A program made the position numbers and the translations under genes. Of a stretch of 64,000 nt of DNA, positions 55,182 to 64,000 are shown piece after piece. The stretch's first letter is position 1; every line of letters starts with the position of its first letter. The stretch spans positions 34,339 to 98,338 of the forward strand of contig CAZQSY010000002.1 of NCBI GenBank assembly GCA_964596395.1, read 5' to 3'. The notes under the pieces were generated by a model. That model did not search any database. It had not been told where the DNA came from and saw nothing but the letters and a program-made list of their open reading frames with translations. Origin of the DNA: an uncultured Candidatus Saccharibacteria bacterium. Lineage in GTDB: Bacteria; Patescibacteriota; Minisyncoccia; Phycocordibacterales; UBA9973.

Positions 55182-57617
55182 CTACTTCACTTCCCCTAAA
55201 TTATCCCCCCGGCCGGAATGCACCACTAGGGGCACTTCGTTTTTTAAATGAAGGTATGAGCGGCCAAGAACGCCCTCCATCGCGTTTTTTATAATCTTCT
55301 CGGCCTCGGGCAAAATTTCTTCCCTGACTTCATAAACGAGCTCGTCGTGCACCTGCAGTATCAAGCGAGTTTCTGAAAGAAGTCCCGCTTTTTCAAGGTC
55401 CTCGTTCGCGAAACGAATCGCGAGTTTTATGATATCGGCCGTAGCCGTGCCCTGAATCGGCGCATTCACGGCTGTGCGCAAAACTTGCGCCTTGATGTAC
55501 GGAATTTTTGAATTTATGTTCGGAAAATATCGGCGACGGCCAAAGAGGGTTTCTGTATAGCGGTTCCGGGCAGCAAAAACCTCCACGCTTTTTAGATACT
55601 CGCTCAAGCCGGAAAATTGTCTGAAGTAATTGTCGTAAAATTTCTGCGCTTCTTCCCGGGTACCCCCTAAACTTTTGCGCAAAGAAGAAACGCCCATGCC
55701 ATAGATTATGCCGAAATTGATTACCTTGGCCTTGCGGCGCATTTCGGCATCGACTTTTTCTATCGGCACCCCGAAGACGAACGCCGCCACGCCCGCGTGC
55801 GCGTCTTTTCCCTCTTTGAAAATCTGCGTGAGTTTTTTGTCTTTGGAAAGCATGGCCGCCGCCCGAAGTTCAATCTGGCTGTAATCGAAAGCGAGCAGTT
55901 TGTATCCTTTTTCCGCCACGAAACCGCGCCTGATTCTTCTGCCCAGTTCGCTTTTTATCGGCAAATTCTGCAGATTTGGCTCCTGCGAAGAAAACCGACC
56001 AGTGGCCGCGCCGGCCTGCAAAAACTTGGCGTGCAGGCGGCCGTCCGGCCCCACCATCTTCGGTATCACGTCTATGTAAGTCGAAAGAAGTTTGGAGAGT
56101 TCCCGGTGCGAAAGAATCTCTTTGGCAATCGGATTTTCTTCGGCCAGTTCCTCTAAAACAGAAAAGCGGGTGGACAAGTTGCCGCTCGCGTTTTTTCTGC
56201 CCGATTTCAGGCCGAGCTTTTTGAAAAGCACTTCGGAAAGCTGTTTCGGCGAATTTATATTAAAAGGAGCGCCGGCCAGCTTGTATATCTTCCCGGTAAT
56301 TTTTTCGAGCTCAGTGTGATATTCGGCCGACAGCTCTCTGAAATATTTTTTGTCTATCAGGACCCCCGCTTCTTCCATCTTCGCCACGGCGGAAATTATC
56401 GGTTTTTCTATTTCCTCAAAAACTTTTTCCAGCTTTTTTTCCTTTAATTCTCTGAAAATTTTGTCGCGGGCTTCCTGAAAGGATTTGGTTTTGGCAAAAA
56501 ACAAAATATCCTGAAGGGAAGGATTTGATAAATCCGAATCGAGAAGCCAGAGGGCAATTGAGGTTTCACGCAATTCTCTGTCATCGGTCGCCGAGGTTGA
56601 ACCTCGGGACTCCCGAGGTTTAACCTCGGCAGCGTCGAAAAGACCTCCTTGGGCGGCCGTTTCTTCTTTCACCTCGTGTCCGTTCTTTTTAAAGAAGTCC
56701 TTCAGGCGGGAAACCAAGCTCCTAAATTCAAGTTCGGAAAAAACATTTTCTACTTTGCCGAAATCAGCCGTTTCCCAAAATGTTTTTTCAGGCAACTTAA
56801 AATCAACTGGCGCGTCGGTTCTAATTTTTGCCAATGTTTTTGAAAACACGGCTTCTTCTTTGTTGTCCTTTAAAAGTTTGATAATTCTTTCGGACAAACC
56901 GAGTTTTTCAAATTTTTCCTCAGAGTTTTTTGTGTTTAACTGCTTGTATATTTCCTCAATTGTACCGAATTCTTTGATAAGCCCGGACGCGGTCTTCTCG
57001 CCAATGCCTTTTATGCCGGGTATGTTGTCGGATGCATCCCCGCGCAGACCCTTGAAATCCGGAATTTGCGCCGGCTTAAAGCCGAACCTTTCTATAATCG
57101 CCCTCTCGTCGTAAAGCACGGTATCGGTAATTCCCTTCCGTAAGGTGTAAACCCGCACTCGCTCATCATCGACCAGCTGCATGGTATCCATGTCGCCGGA
57201 AGCGATTATTACATCAATATCTTTTTTGTTTTTACTATTTTTGATTTTCTCGGTGATGGTACCGAGCACGTCATCGGCTTCGAAGCCCGGCGCGTCGTAA
57301 ATCGGAATGCCGAATGCTTGGAATATTTGACGCGAATTTTTAAGCTGCGCCACCAGTTCGTCGTCGGCTTTTTTGCGGCCGGCTTTGTATGCTTCGTAGG
57401 CCTCGTGGCGAAAGGTTTTGCCGGGCAAGTCGTAGCAGGCAGCCATGTAGTCGGGCTTGAGCTCGGTAATTATTTTCATGAGCATCGTAGAAAGGCCGTA
57501 CAGCGCACCGGTCGGCTCACCTTTTGAAGAAGAGAAATCGGGCAGGGCGTGATAGGCGCGGTGGATTACCGCGTGGGCATCAAACAAAACCAATCTTTTT
57601 TTTCTCGCGCCGGGCAT
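55182..57617 (-). CDS. polA: DNA polymerase I (5'-3' exonuclease plus polymerase; no obvious proofreading domain)
   Basis: 811 aa; FEN-like N-terminus; motif A DYSQIELR, motif B RRKAKVINFGIIYG, motif C QVHDELV. Confidence 0.95.
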   Translation of the reverse strand: MPGARKKRLVLFDAHAVIHRAYHALPDFSSSKGEPTGALYGLSTMLMKIITELKPDYMAACYDLPGKTFRHEAYEAYKAGRKKADDELVAQLKNSRQIFQAFGIPIYDAPGFEADDVLGTITEKIKNSKNKKDIDVIIASGDMDTMQLVDDERVRVYTLRKGITDTVLYDERAIIERFGFKPAQIPDFKGLRGDASDNIPGIKGIGEKTASGLIKEFGTIEEIYKQLNTKNSEEKFEKLGLSERIIKLLKDNKEEAVFSKTLAKIRTDAPVDFKLPEKTFWETADFGKVENVFSELEFRSLVSRLKDFFKKNGHEVKEETAAQGGLFDAAEVKPRESRGSTSATDDRELRETSIALWLLDSDLSNPSLQDILFFAKTKSFQEARDKIFRELKEKKLEKVFEEIEKPIISAVAKMEEAGVLIDKKYFRELSAEYHTELEKITGKIYKLAGAPFNINSPKQLSEVLFKKLGLKSGRKNASGNLSTRFSVLEELAEENPIAKEILSHRELSKLLSTYIDVIPKMVGPDGRLHAKFLQAGAATGRFSSQEPNLQNLPIKSELGRRIRRGFVAEKGYKLLAFDYSQIELRAAAMLSKDKKLTQIFKEGKDAHAGVAAFVFGVPIEKVDAEMRRKAKVINFGIIYGMGVSSLRKSLGGTREEAQKFYDNYFRQFSGLSEYLKSVEVFAARNRYTETLFGRRRYFPNINSKIPYIKAQVLRTAVNAPIQGTATADIIKLAIRFANEDLEKAGLLSETRLILQVHDELVYEVREEILPEAEKIIKNAMEGVLGRSYLHLKNEVPLVVHSGRGDNLGEVK
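56591..56638. repeat. two tandem 17-bp perfect palindromes inside the polA linker, in-frame
   Basis: CCGAGGTTGAACCTCGG gactc CCGAGGTTTAACCTCGG encoding KPRESRGSTSA. Confidence 0.75.
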
Positions 57618-57655
57618 TGTGTAAATTATATCATTCAGGATATAATTTGATATTA

Positions 57656-59353
57656 ATGGCTACTTTTGACGAAGAAAAACAACAGAAACAGCTGGCTGAC
57701 CTGCGCAAAGAAGAAGAGGAGGAGCTTGTGTCGGTGCTCGCCCAGTCGAAGTATAAACTGCCTTATATCAACCTGGCCCGCGTGGTTATAGACAATGAAG
57801 CGCTGCGCATAATACCCGAGAAAGAAGTCCGGCAAATGAACATCGCCCCGTTCAAGCTTTTCGGCAAAAATATTTTTATCGCAGTGCATTCCCCTTCTCC
57901 TGAGCTTCTCGCCAAACTGAAAGACATAACAGACAGAGAAGGACTCGCACCCACTTTCTATATGGCCTCGATGGCATCTTTGGAAAAGGTTTGGGGCAGA
58001 TACCAGGAAATATCCCTGGCTGAAAGCTCCAGAATCGGCGGAATAGAAATCTCGGCGGATATTCTGCGGGACGTGGGAAAAGACATAAAGACCATCAAGG
58101 ACATGGAAAAGATGATTCAGGGCGCCATGCGGGGAAACATCATACATAAAATTTCCCACCTGCTTGAAATAATCCTTGCCGGCGCAATTTCAATCGAGGC
58201 CTCGGATGTGCACATAGAGCCCGAAGAAGAACGCGCCCGATTGCGCGTGCGCCTGGACGGCGTACTACACGACATCGTGTTTTTTGAAAAAAGCATCTAC
58301 CACCTTTTGAACTCTCGCATCAAGCTCTTGTCGGGCATGAAACTCACTTCGACGATTGCGCAAGACGGGCGCTTCAGCATCGAGGAGGGCGCAGAAGAAA
58401 TCAGCATCCGTTCGTCAATGATACCGGGCGCTTACGGCGAATCAATCGTGATGCGCATACTCGACCCGAAGTCGATACAGATTAAGCTTGAAGAAATAGG
58501 CATCGAGCCCTATCTTTTCTCGGTGATTGAGCAAGAGATTGCCAAGCCAAACGGCCTGATACTGGTAACCGGGCCGACTGGTTCGGGAAAGACCACAACC
58601 CTGTACGCGTTTCTGCGAAAAATTTATTCGCCGGAGATAAAAATAATTACGATTGAAGACCCGGTCGAATACCACTTAAAGGGCATCACTCAGACCCAAG
58701 TAAACGACGAAAAAGGATACACCTTCCTCGAAGGGTTGCGCTCGGCCCTGCGCCAAGACCCGGACGTGGTGATGGTGGGCGAAATCCGCGACGCGGAAAC
58801 GGCCAAAACGGCCATTGAGTCGGCGCTTACCGGCCACATGGTTTTCTCGACCCTCCACACCAACAACGCCGCCGGCGTTATTCCGCGCTTAATCGACCTC
58901 GACGCAAACCCGAAAATCATGGTTTCGGCCCTGTCGCTTTCGATTGCCCAGCGTCTGGTGCGCAAACTGTGCCCGGATTGCAAAAAAGAAAAAGAACCGA
59001 ACGAGAGAGAGCAGAAGACGATGAAAACAATTATGGATGGAATCGCGGCAGGAGGCAAAAGTTTGAAAAATTACAATCTAGACCCCGATGCGCCGATAAA
59101 ACTTTTCAGCCCGACCGGGTGCGAAAAATGCAACATGACCGGCTACCGCGGACGCATCGGAATTTTTGAAGCAATCAAAACAGACGAAGCGATAGAAAAA
59201 ATAATTCCCCAAAACCCGAGCGAACGGGAAATAAAAAGAACCGCCCGGGCGCAGGGCATACTTACCATGCGGGAAGACGGCTTGGTTAAAATCCTAAACG
59301 GCGTTACTTCTTTCGAAGAAGTGCAAAGCGTGGTGGACTTGCTGGAAGAGTAA
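57656..59353 (+). CDS. pilB: type IV pilus assembly ATPase PilB/GspE family
   Basis: Walker A LVTGPTGSGKTTTL, Asp/His boxes, C-terminal CxxC...CxxC tetracysteine. Confidence 0.9.
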   Translation: MATFDEEKQQKQLADLRKEEEEELVSVLAQSKYKLPYINLARVVIDNEALRIIPEKEVRQMNIAPFKLFGKNIFIAVHSPSPELLAKLKDITDREGLAPTFYMASMASLEKVWGRYQEISLAESSRIGGIEISADILRDVGKDIKTIKDMEKMIQGAMRGNIIHKISHLLEIILAGAISIEASDVHIEPEEERARLRVRLDGVLHDIVFFEKSIYHLLNSRIKLLSGMKLTSTIAQDGRFSIEEGAEEISIRSSMIPGAYGESIVMRILDPKSIQIKLEEIGIEPYLFSVIEQEIAKPNGLILVTGPTGSGKTTTLYAFLRKIYSPEIKIITIEDPVEYHLKGITQTQVNDEKGYTFLEGLRSALRQDPDVVMVGEIRDAETAKTAIESALTGHMVFSTLHTNNAAGVIPRLIDLDANPKIMVSALSLSIAQRLVRKLCPDCKKEKEPNEREQKTMKTIMDGIAAGGKSLKNYNLDPDAPIKLFSPTGCEKCNMTGYRGRIGIFEAIKTDEAIEKIIPQNPSEREIKRTARAQGILTMREDGLVKILNGVTSFEEVQSVVDLLEE

Positions 59354-59650
59354 AAAACAAAAAAACACTAATCTCTAAACAATCCTTTCAGGGCTAAGCC
59401 CCGGAAGTAACAAGCGCTTGGAGGATAGCCCCAGCAAATTAAAAAATCGCCAAGACGTCCTACGCACACCTGTATAACCTGTGGCTGATTGCTTAGAGAT
59501 CAGTGTCTTCTTACCCCGCCCCAAGGCGGCGACCTGCTCTCGATGAATTATACTATCATCCTAAAACGAACAAGTGTTATAATGTTTATAGCTATGTTGA
59601 TAGCCTGTTGATAAATCATTACTCTAGTAGTATAGCATATTTGAGGATAG

Positions 59651-60721
59651 ATGTCAACCCCATTAGGAGAGACAACAGGACTAAAAAAGATGAAAAAAAC
59701 GAAGCCGAAAAACACGGAAATGCGGGAAAAGCCCCTGCCAGAGGAGTCCTTTTTAGACCAAACCCTGCGCCCTACCCGCTGGGATGAATACGTCGGCCAA
59801 AAACATATAAAGGATAATGTAAAAATTCTGCTCCGGGCGGCCGAAGAGAGGGGCCACATACCCGAGCACATACTTTTTTACGGCCCGCCGGGCCTCGGCA
59901 AGACCACCCTCGCCCACCTGATTGCCAAAGAGACCGGCAAGCAGATGAAAATAACTTCCGGCCCGGCAATCGAAAAAGTCGGCGACCTGGCCTCGATTCT
60001 CACCAACCTTTCGGCTGGCGACATACTTTTCATCGACGAAATCCACCGGCTGAATAAAATGGTCGAGGAAATAATGTATCCGGCTATGGAATCCGGCGTA
60101 CTGGATATCATTATCGGCAAAGGGCCTTCGGCTCGAACGATTCAGCTCGACTTGCAGCCCTTTACTTTGATTGCCGCCACCACCCGGGTCGCGCTTGTAT
60201 CCTCCCCTCTCCGCTCGCGTTTTTCCGGCGGGGTCTTTAGAATGGAATTCTATTCAGATGAAGAAATAGCCGAAATAGTGCGAAGGTCAAGCAAACTGCT
60301 CTCGGCCGACATTGATAGTGAGGCAATAATGGAAATTGCTAAACGCAGCCGTTTCACCCCCCGCACCGCCAATTATTTTCTGAAAAGAGCCCGGGATTAC
60401 GCGCAGGTACACAAAAAGACGCTTGATAAAAAAACGGCGCGCGAGGCGCTCGCCATGCTGGCCGTTGATGAACTGGGACTCAACTCTTCGGACCGGAAAT
60501 TTTTGGAAATATTGATTGAAAAATTCGGCGGCGGGCCGGTCGGGCTGAAAACCATCTGCGCCGCCATGTCAGAAGAAGAAACCACCGCCGAAGAAGTGAT
60601 CGAGCCGTACCTGATACAGCTCGGCCTCCTAGAGCGCACCCCGCGCGGCCGGGTAGCCACCAAGAAAGCATATGAACATTTGGGGTTTGAATTTGATAAA
60701 AAACAAAACAAACTTTTGTAA
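59651..60721 (+). CDS. ruvB: Holliday junction DNA helicase RuvB
   Basis: LRPTRWDEYVGQ, Walker A GPPGLGKTTLA, Walker B DEIHRL. Confidence 0.9.
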   Translation: MSTPLGETTGLKKMKKTKPKNTEMREKPLPEESFLDQTLRPTRWDEYVGQKHIKDNVKILLRAAEERGHIPEHILFYGPPGLGKTTLAHLIAKETGKQMKITSGPAIEKVGDLASILTNLSAGDILFIDEIHRLNKMVEEIMYPAMESGVLDIIIGKGPSARTIQLDLQPFTLIAATTRVALVSSPLRSRFSGGVFRMEFYSDEEIAEIVRRSSKLLSADIDSEAIMEIAKRSRFTPRTANYFLKRARDYAQVHKKTLDKKTAREALAMLAVDELGLNSSDRKFLEILIEKFGGGPVGLKTICAAMSEEETTAEEVIEPYLIQLGLLERTPRGRVATKKAYEHLGFEFDKKQNKLL

Positions 60722-60723
60722 TC

Positions 60724-61263
60724 ATGTCTGGTCATAATAAATGGTCTCAGTTGAAACATAAAAAGGCAATTACCGATGCCAAGAAAAGCAAAATCTTTTC
60801 TAAACTGGCGCGTTTTATCGCGACCGAGGCCAGGATTGCTAAGAGTGATGTAAACGCGCCAGGACTCCGCGCGGCCATCGAGAAAGCGAGGAAGGTGAAT
60901 ATGCCGAGGGATGTCATTGAGCGGGCCATAAAAAAAGCGTCCGAGCCCTCGGCGCAAATGGAATCAGCAACCTACGAAGCATACGGCCCAGGCGGAGCGG
61001 GAATTATAATTGAGGCGCTGACGGACAACAAAAACCGTACCGCGCAGGAAATTAAGCACGTGCTCTCTGAAAACGGTTTTGCTTTGGGTAGTATCGGGTC
61101 TGTCGCCTGGGCCTTCGCAAAAGAAAGGGGTGAGGAAGGAATGGTCTGGAAGCCGGTCAGCACCATCCCTCTCTCGGACGCTGACTTGGAACTTTTGGAA
61201 AAACTTGTTGACGGGCTAGAAGAGCTCGACGATGTGCAGGAAATTTTCACCAACGCAGAATAA
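60724..61263 (+). CDS. yebC: YebC/PmpR-family regulator (short, 179 aa)
   Basis: MSGHNKWSQLKHKKAITDAKK signature N-terminus. Confidence 0.8.
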   Translation: MSGHNKWSQLKHKKAITDAKKSKIFSKLARFIATEARIAKSDVNAPGLRAAIEKARKVNMPRDVIERAIKKASEPSAQMESATYEAYGPGGAGIIIEALTDNKNRTAQEIKHVLSENGFALGSIGSVAWAFAKERGEEGMVWKPVSTIPLSDADLELLEKLVDGLEELDDVQEIFTNAE

Positions 61264-61267
61264 TCAT

Positions 61268-61744
61268 ATGATAATTTTAGGCATAGACCCGGGGTTCGAG
61301 AGATTAGGCATAGCCATACTGGAAAAAAACAAAGATGGAAAAAAAGAGAACGTTCTGTTTTCTGAATGTTTTAAAACCTCGGCTAAACTTGATTTTGCGG
61401 AGCGGCTTTTTTTAATAGGAAAAAAAATCCGGCACGTCATAAAGAGTTGGAAGCCGGAAGTAATGTCTATTGAAACGCTTTTTTTGAACACCAACCAGAA
61501 AACAGCTATGCGCGTGGCCGAAGTCCGCGGGGTGCTGATTTATGAGGCCCGGAACGCGAAACTCGCGATATTCGAGGCCTCTCCGCCGCAGATAAAAATG
61601 GCCGTCGCCGGGCACGGAGGCGCAGATAAAGAACAGGTGATGAAGATGGTGAGGATATTAACTAATATTGAAAAGGGTAAAAAGTCAGACGACGAACTCG
61701 ACGCAGTAGCTGTGGCGATTACCGCTTCCGCCCACCTGCGGTAA
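61268..61744 (+). CDS. ruvC: crossover junction endodeoxyribonuclease RuvC
   Basis: MIILGIDPG...E...D catalytic residues; gene order ruvB-yebC-ruvC. Confidence 0.9.
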   Translation: MIILGIDPGFERLGIAILEKNKDGKKENVLFSECFKTSAKLDFAERLFLIGKKIRHVIKSWKPEVMSIETLFLNTNQKTAMRVAEVRGVLIYEARNAKLAIFEASPPQIKMAVAGHGGADKEQVMKMVRILTNIEKGKKSDDELDAVAVAITASAHLR

Positions 61745-61869
61745 GTTATCCACACCCAAGCCGTCGGAATCTTGCCAAGGAAAAAAGTTTTTGCAAAAAT
61801 GGTAAAACAATTTTATGGCAATGGTTTTTGTTTGGTCGAGGGTATTTTAAAAGAAATTAAGAAATTTTT

Positions 61870-62007
61870 ATGAATTACGACGACGATGAATTAAAAGACA
61901 CAGAAGAAGGCATCGGCGAACCGCCGGAAGGCGAAGAATTCGACCCGGGAGAGGAAGTAGCGGGATACGAAGACGAAGAAGGAATCGGGGAAGATAAGGA
62001 TATGTAA
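61870..62007 (+). CDS. possible small highly acidic protein (45 aa)
   Basis: MNYDDDELKDTEEGIGEPPEGEEFDPGEEVAGYEDEEGIGEDKDM, followed directly by a terminator; below the ORF-track cutoff. Confidence 0.2.
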   Translation: MNYDDDELKDTEEGIGEPPEGEEFDPGEEVAGYEDEEGIGEDKDM

Positions 62008-62044
62008 CTAAAAACCCTCCGCCATAAGCGGAGGGTTTTTAGTT
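62008..62044. terminator. bidirectional intrinsic terminator
   Basis: AAAAACCCTCCGCcataaGCGGAGGGTTTTTAGTTTT. Confidence 0.8.
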
Positions 62045-63238
62045 TTAAACTATTTTTACAAATCTTTTCTTGCCAACGCGAAACCTTGTACCGGCTTCAA
62101 CCGCCACATTTGGGTCGCTTATTTTTTCTCCCGTTTCTAGGTTCGTTATCGCCCCTTCTTTGATAAGCCGACGGTATTCGCTCTTGGAGGGCAGAAATTT
62201 CGACTCGGTCAGAATGTTTACCAGATATTTTTCCCCGCCGGTTTTTAATTCGGGCATATCTTCGGGGATTTCGCCTTTTTGAAAGGTGCTGGAAAAATTT
62301 TTCTCTGCTAGCAGAGATTTTTTTTCTCCGTGATAAAAAGAAACAATTTCCCGTGCAAGCCTTTTTTTGAATTCTATGGGATTTTCCCCTTCCAGAATTT
62401 TCTTTTTCATCTCTTCTATCTCATTCATGGGCACACGGGTAACCAACTCAAAGTAGTCAAAAATTACTTCATCCACGACAGACATAACTTTTCCATACAT
62501 GTCGTTTGGGTTGTCTGTAATTGGTATAAAATTCTTCAGACTTTTGCCCATCGGCCTTCCATCTGAGCCGATAAGAAGTTTCATGGTAAGAGCCGACTGG
62601 GGTTTCAGGCCAAAGACTTGCATTAGATGTCTGCCCGCAAGCAGATTGAAGGTCTGGTCTGTACCTCCAAACTCAACATCAGAATTTATGGCAACCGAAT
62701 CATAACCTTGCATCAGCGGGTACATGAATTCATCCAAACCTATCGGTTTGCCGTTTTTGTAGCGAAGCATAAATGTTTCCCGGTCGAGCATTTGAGAAAT
62801 CGTGAACTGCCTAGCCAGGTTTATGACGTCATTGAAGTTTAACGGGCGAAGCCATTCTGAATTATGTCTCACCTCGGTTCCTCCTTTCAGGACGGTTTTG
62901 AAAAACTGTTCCTGGTATGTTTTTTCCATTTTCTTTATATCTTTAAAAGTCGTTTCAGTTCGCATATCAACCTTATCCGAGTGGTCTCCTACTAGTGTCG
63001 TAAAATCACCTATTATAAGGGTCACCTTGTGTCCCAATTCCTGAAAATCCCTAATTTTTCTGTGCACCACAGCGTGCCCAAGATGTAAAAAAGAACCGGT
63101 AACATCCGTACCGAGTTTTAGACGAAGCTGTTTTCCACTCAGAAGTTTGGCGCGAAGTTCCTCTTTGGTGAACACATCATGTACCCCCCGGGTCAGTAGT
63201 TCGTCAATCTTTTTCTCGTCTGTTATAATTTTTTTCAT
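62045..63238 (-). CDS. tyrS: tyrosine--tRNA ligase
   Basis: HLGH (HIGH-type) and PMGKS (KMSKS-type) motifs, C-terminal S4-like domain; start refined to the internal MKKIITDEKK. Confidence 0.9.
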   Translation of the reverse strand: MKKIITDEKKIDELLTRGVHDVFTKEELRAKLLSGKQLRLKLGTDVTGSFLHLGHAVVHRKIRDFQELGHKVTLIIGDFTTLVGDHSDKVDMRTETTFKDIKKMEKTYQEQFFKTVLKGGTEVRHNSEWLRPLNFNDVINLARQFTISQMLDRETFMLRYKNGKPIGLDEFMYPLMQGYDSVAINSDVEFGGTDQTFNLLAGRHLMQVFGLKPQSALTMKLLIGSDGRPMGKSLKNFIPITDNPNDMYGKVMSVVDEVIFDYFELVTRVPMNEIEEMKKKILEGENPIEFKKRLAREIVSFYHGEKKSLLAEKNFSSTFQKGEIPEDMPELKTGGEKYLVNILTESKFLPSKSEYRRLIKEGAITNLETGEKISDPNVAVEAGTRFRVGKKRFVKIV

Positions 63239-63278
63239 CGTTCGGATTATAGCACGTTTTCTGCTATCATTAATGGGT

Positions 63279-64000
63279 ATGCGAAAAATACTCAGGAGGT
63301 TCAAAACCCACAAAAACCACAAAAATCTGCTGTTTCTGGCCGGGGGCGTGTGCGCTTTTTTGGCCGGAATGATAATTTTGTGGTTTTCTTCTCTGCAGAT
63401 TCCGGATTTTCATTCTTTTGAAAACCGCAAGACCATAAATTCCACGAAAATATACGACCGTACGGGAAAAATTCTGCTGTACGACATACACCAGGATGTA
63501 AAAAAGACCGAAATACCTTTCGAGGAAATGGGTACAAATATTAAAAACGCGACTGTGGCTATAGAGGACTCGGAATTTTACGACCATCGCGGAATAAGAA
63601 TAACCTCAATCATCAGAGCGGTTTTGGCAAATCTATTTTCAAGCGACGGTCGCACGCAGGGCGGCTCGACCATAACCCAACAACTGGTAAAAAACACATT
63701 GCTAACCCAGAAAAAAACAATTGCCAGAAAAATAAAAGAGTGGGTGTTGGCGATTAAAATCGACCGCTCCATGCCGAAAGAAAAAATACTTGAATATTAT
63801 TTGAACGAAAACCCGTATGGGGGAAATATCTATGGTATAGAAGAAGCGGCTAAATCATATTTTTCTAAAAGCACCCTTGATTTGACGCTCGCTGAAGCGG
63901 CCTACTTGGCATCTATCCCGCAATCGCCTACTTTGCTTTCTCCTTATGGAAAAAACAAAAATAAGCTGGAAGCGAGAAAAAATTTGGTGCTGCAAAGGAT
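63279..64000 (+). CDS. penicillin-binding protein 1A-type (GT51 transglycosylase domain), 5' partial at window end
   Basis: N-terminal TM then EDSEFYDHRGI, RTQGGSTITQQLVKN, YYLNENPYGGNIYGIEEAAKSYF transglycosylase motifs; runs off the window. Confidence 0.8.
   Translation, partial: MRKILRRFKTHKNHKNLLFLAGGVCAFLAGMIILWFSSLQIPDFHSFENRKTINSTKIYDRTGKILLYDIHQDVKKTEIPFEEMGTNIKNATVAIEDSEFYDHRGIRITSIIRAVLANLFSSDGRTQGGSTITQQLVKNTLLTQKKTIARKIKEWVLAIKIDRSMPKEKILEYYLNENPYGGNIYGIEEAAKSYFSKSTLDLTLAEAAYLASIPQSPTLLSPYGKNKNKLEARKNLVLQR

Noticed and set aside
56591-56638. Tandem palindromes in polA as a CRISPR-like array
   Set aside because: There are only two units with a 5-nt spacer, inside a coding sequence, with no cas genes nearby. 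It is not CRISPR.
1-64000. rRNA genes, CRISPR arrays, or transposase/integrase genes
   Set aside because: None seen. No 16S/23S-like conserved stretches, no regularly spaced repeats and no DDE/tyrosine-recombinase motifs in any ORF.

Overview
The window looks like a gene-dense, moderately AT-rich bacterial chromosome segment of about 45-50% GC by eye. Several housekeeping proteins are unusually short: UvrC is 426 aa, PolA lacks a proofreading domain, YebC is 179 aa, HolA-like is 222 aa and GpsA about 280 aa. That suggests a reduced-genome lineage such as Candidate Phyla Radiation/Patescibacteria, which is inference only. Conserved content includes part of the str operon (rpsL-rpsG-fusA) and secE-nusG-rplK. 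Seven tRNAs are present: His, Leu, Arg x2, Val, Ser and Lys. There is a dCMP-deaminase / ThyA-like / DHFR / MazG nucleotide cluster. Other genes are NRAMP and P-type ATPase transporters, type IV pilus genes (pilMNO-like and pilB), and a dense DNA-repair stretch (ruvA, fpg, udg4, uvrC-uvrA-uvrB, polA, ruvB-yebC-ruvC, mpg). Two very large Ig-like/InlB-B-repeat surface proteins lie behind a consensus sigma70 promoter, and the window ends with tyrS and the start of a PBP1 transglycosylase. The findings that most need follow-up are listed here. (1) Three tandem paralogous cysteine-rich proteins of about 560 aa (21.7-26.9 kb) with terminal zinc-ribbon domains and a 9-residue cysteine ladder. (2) A ThyA-family enzyme whose specificity-determining Asn (E. 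coli N177) appears replaced by Asp, which predicts dCMP rather than dUMP specificity. (3) A family of GC-rich hairpin-forming segments inserted in-frame into rluD, fpg, uvrA, uvrB and polA. (4) A 63-nt conserved core that sits in the loop of two different long perfect inverted repeats. (5) A GC-rich, probably foreign island with its own near-consensus promoter upstream of the surface-protein operon. (6) Endonuclease-like genes immediately upstream of tRNA genes.
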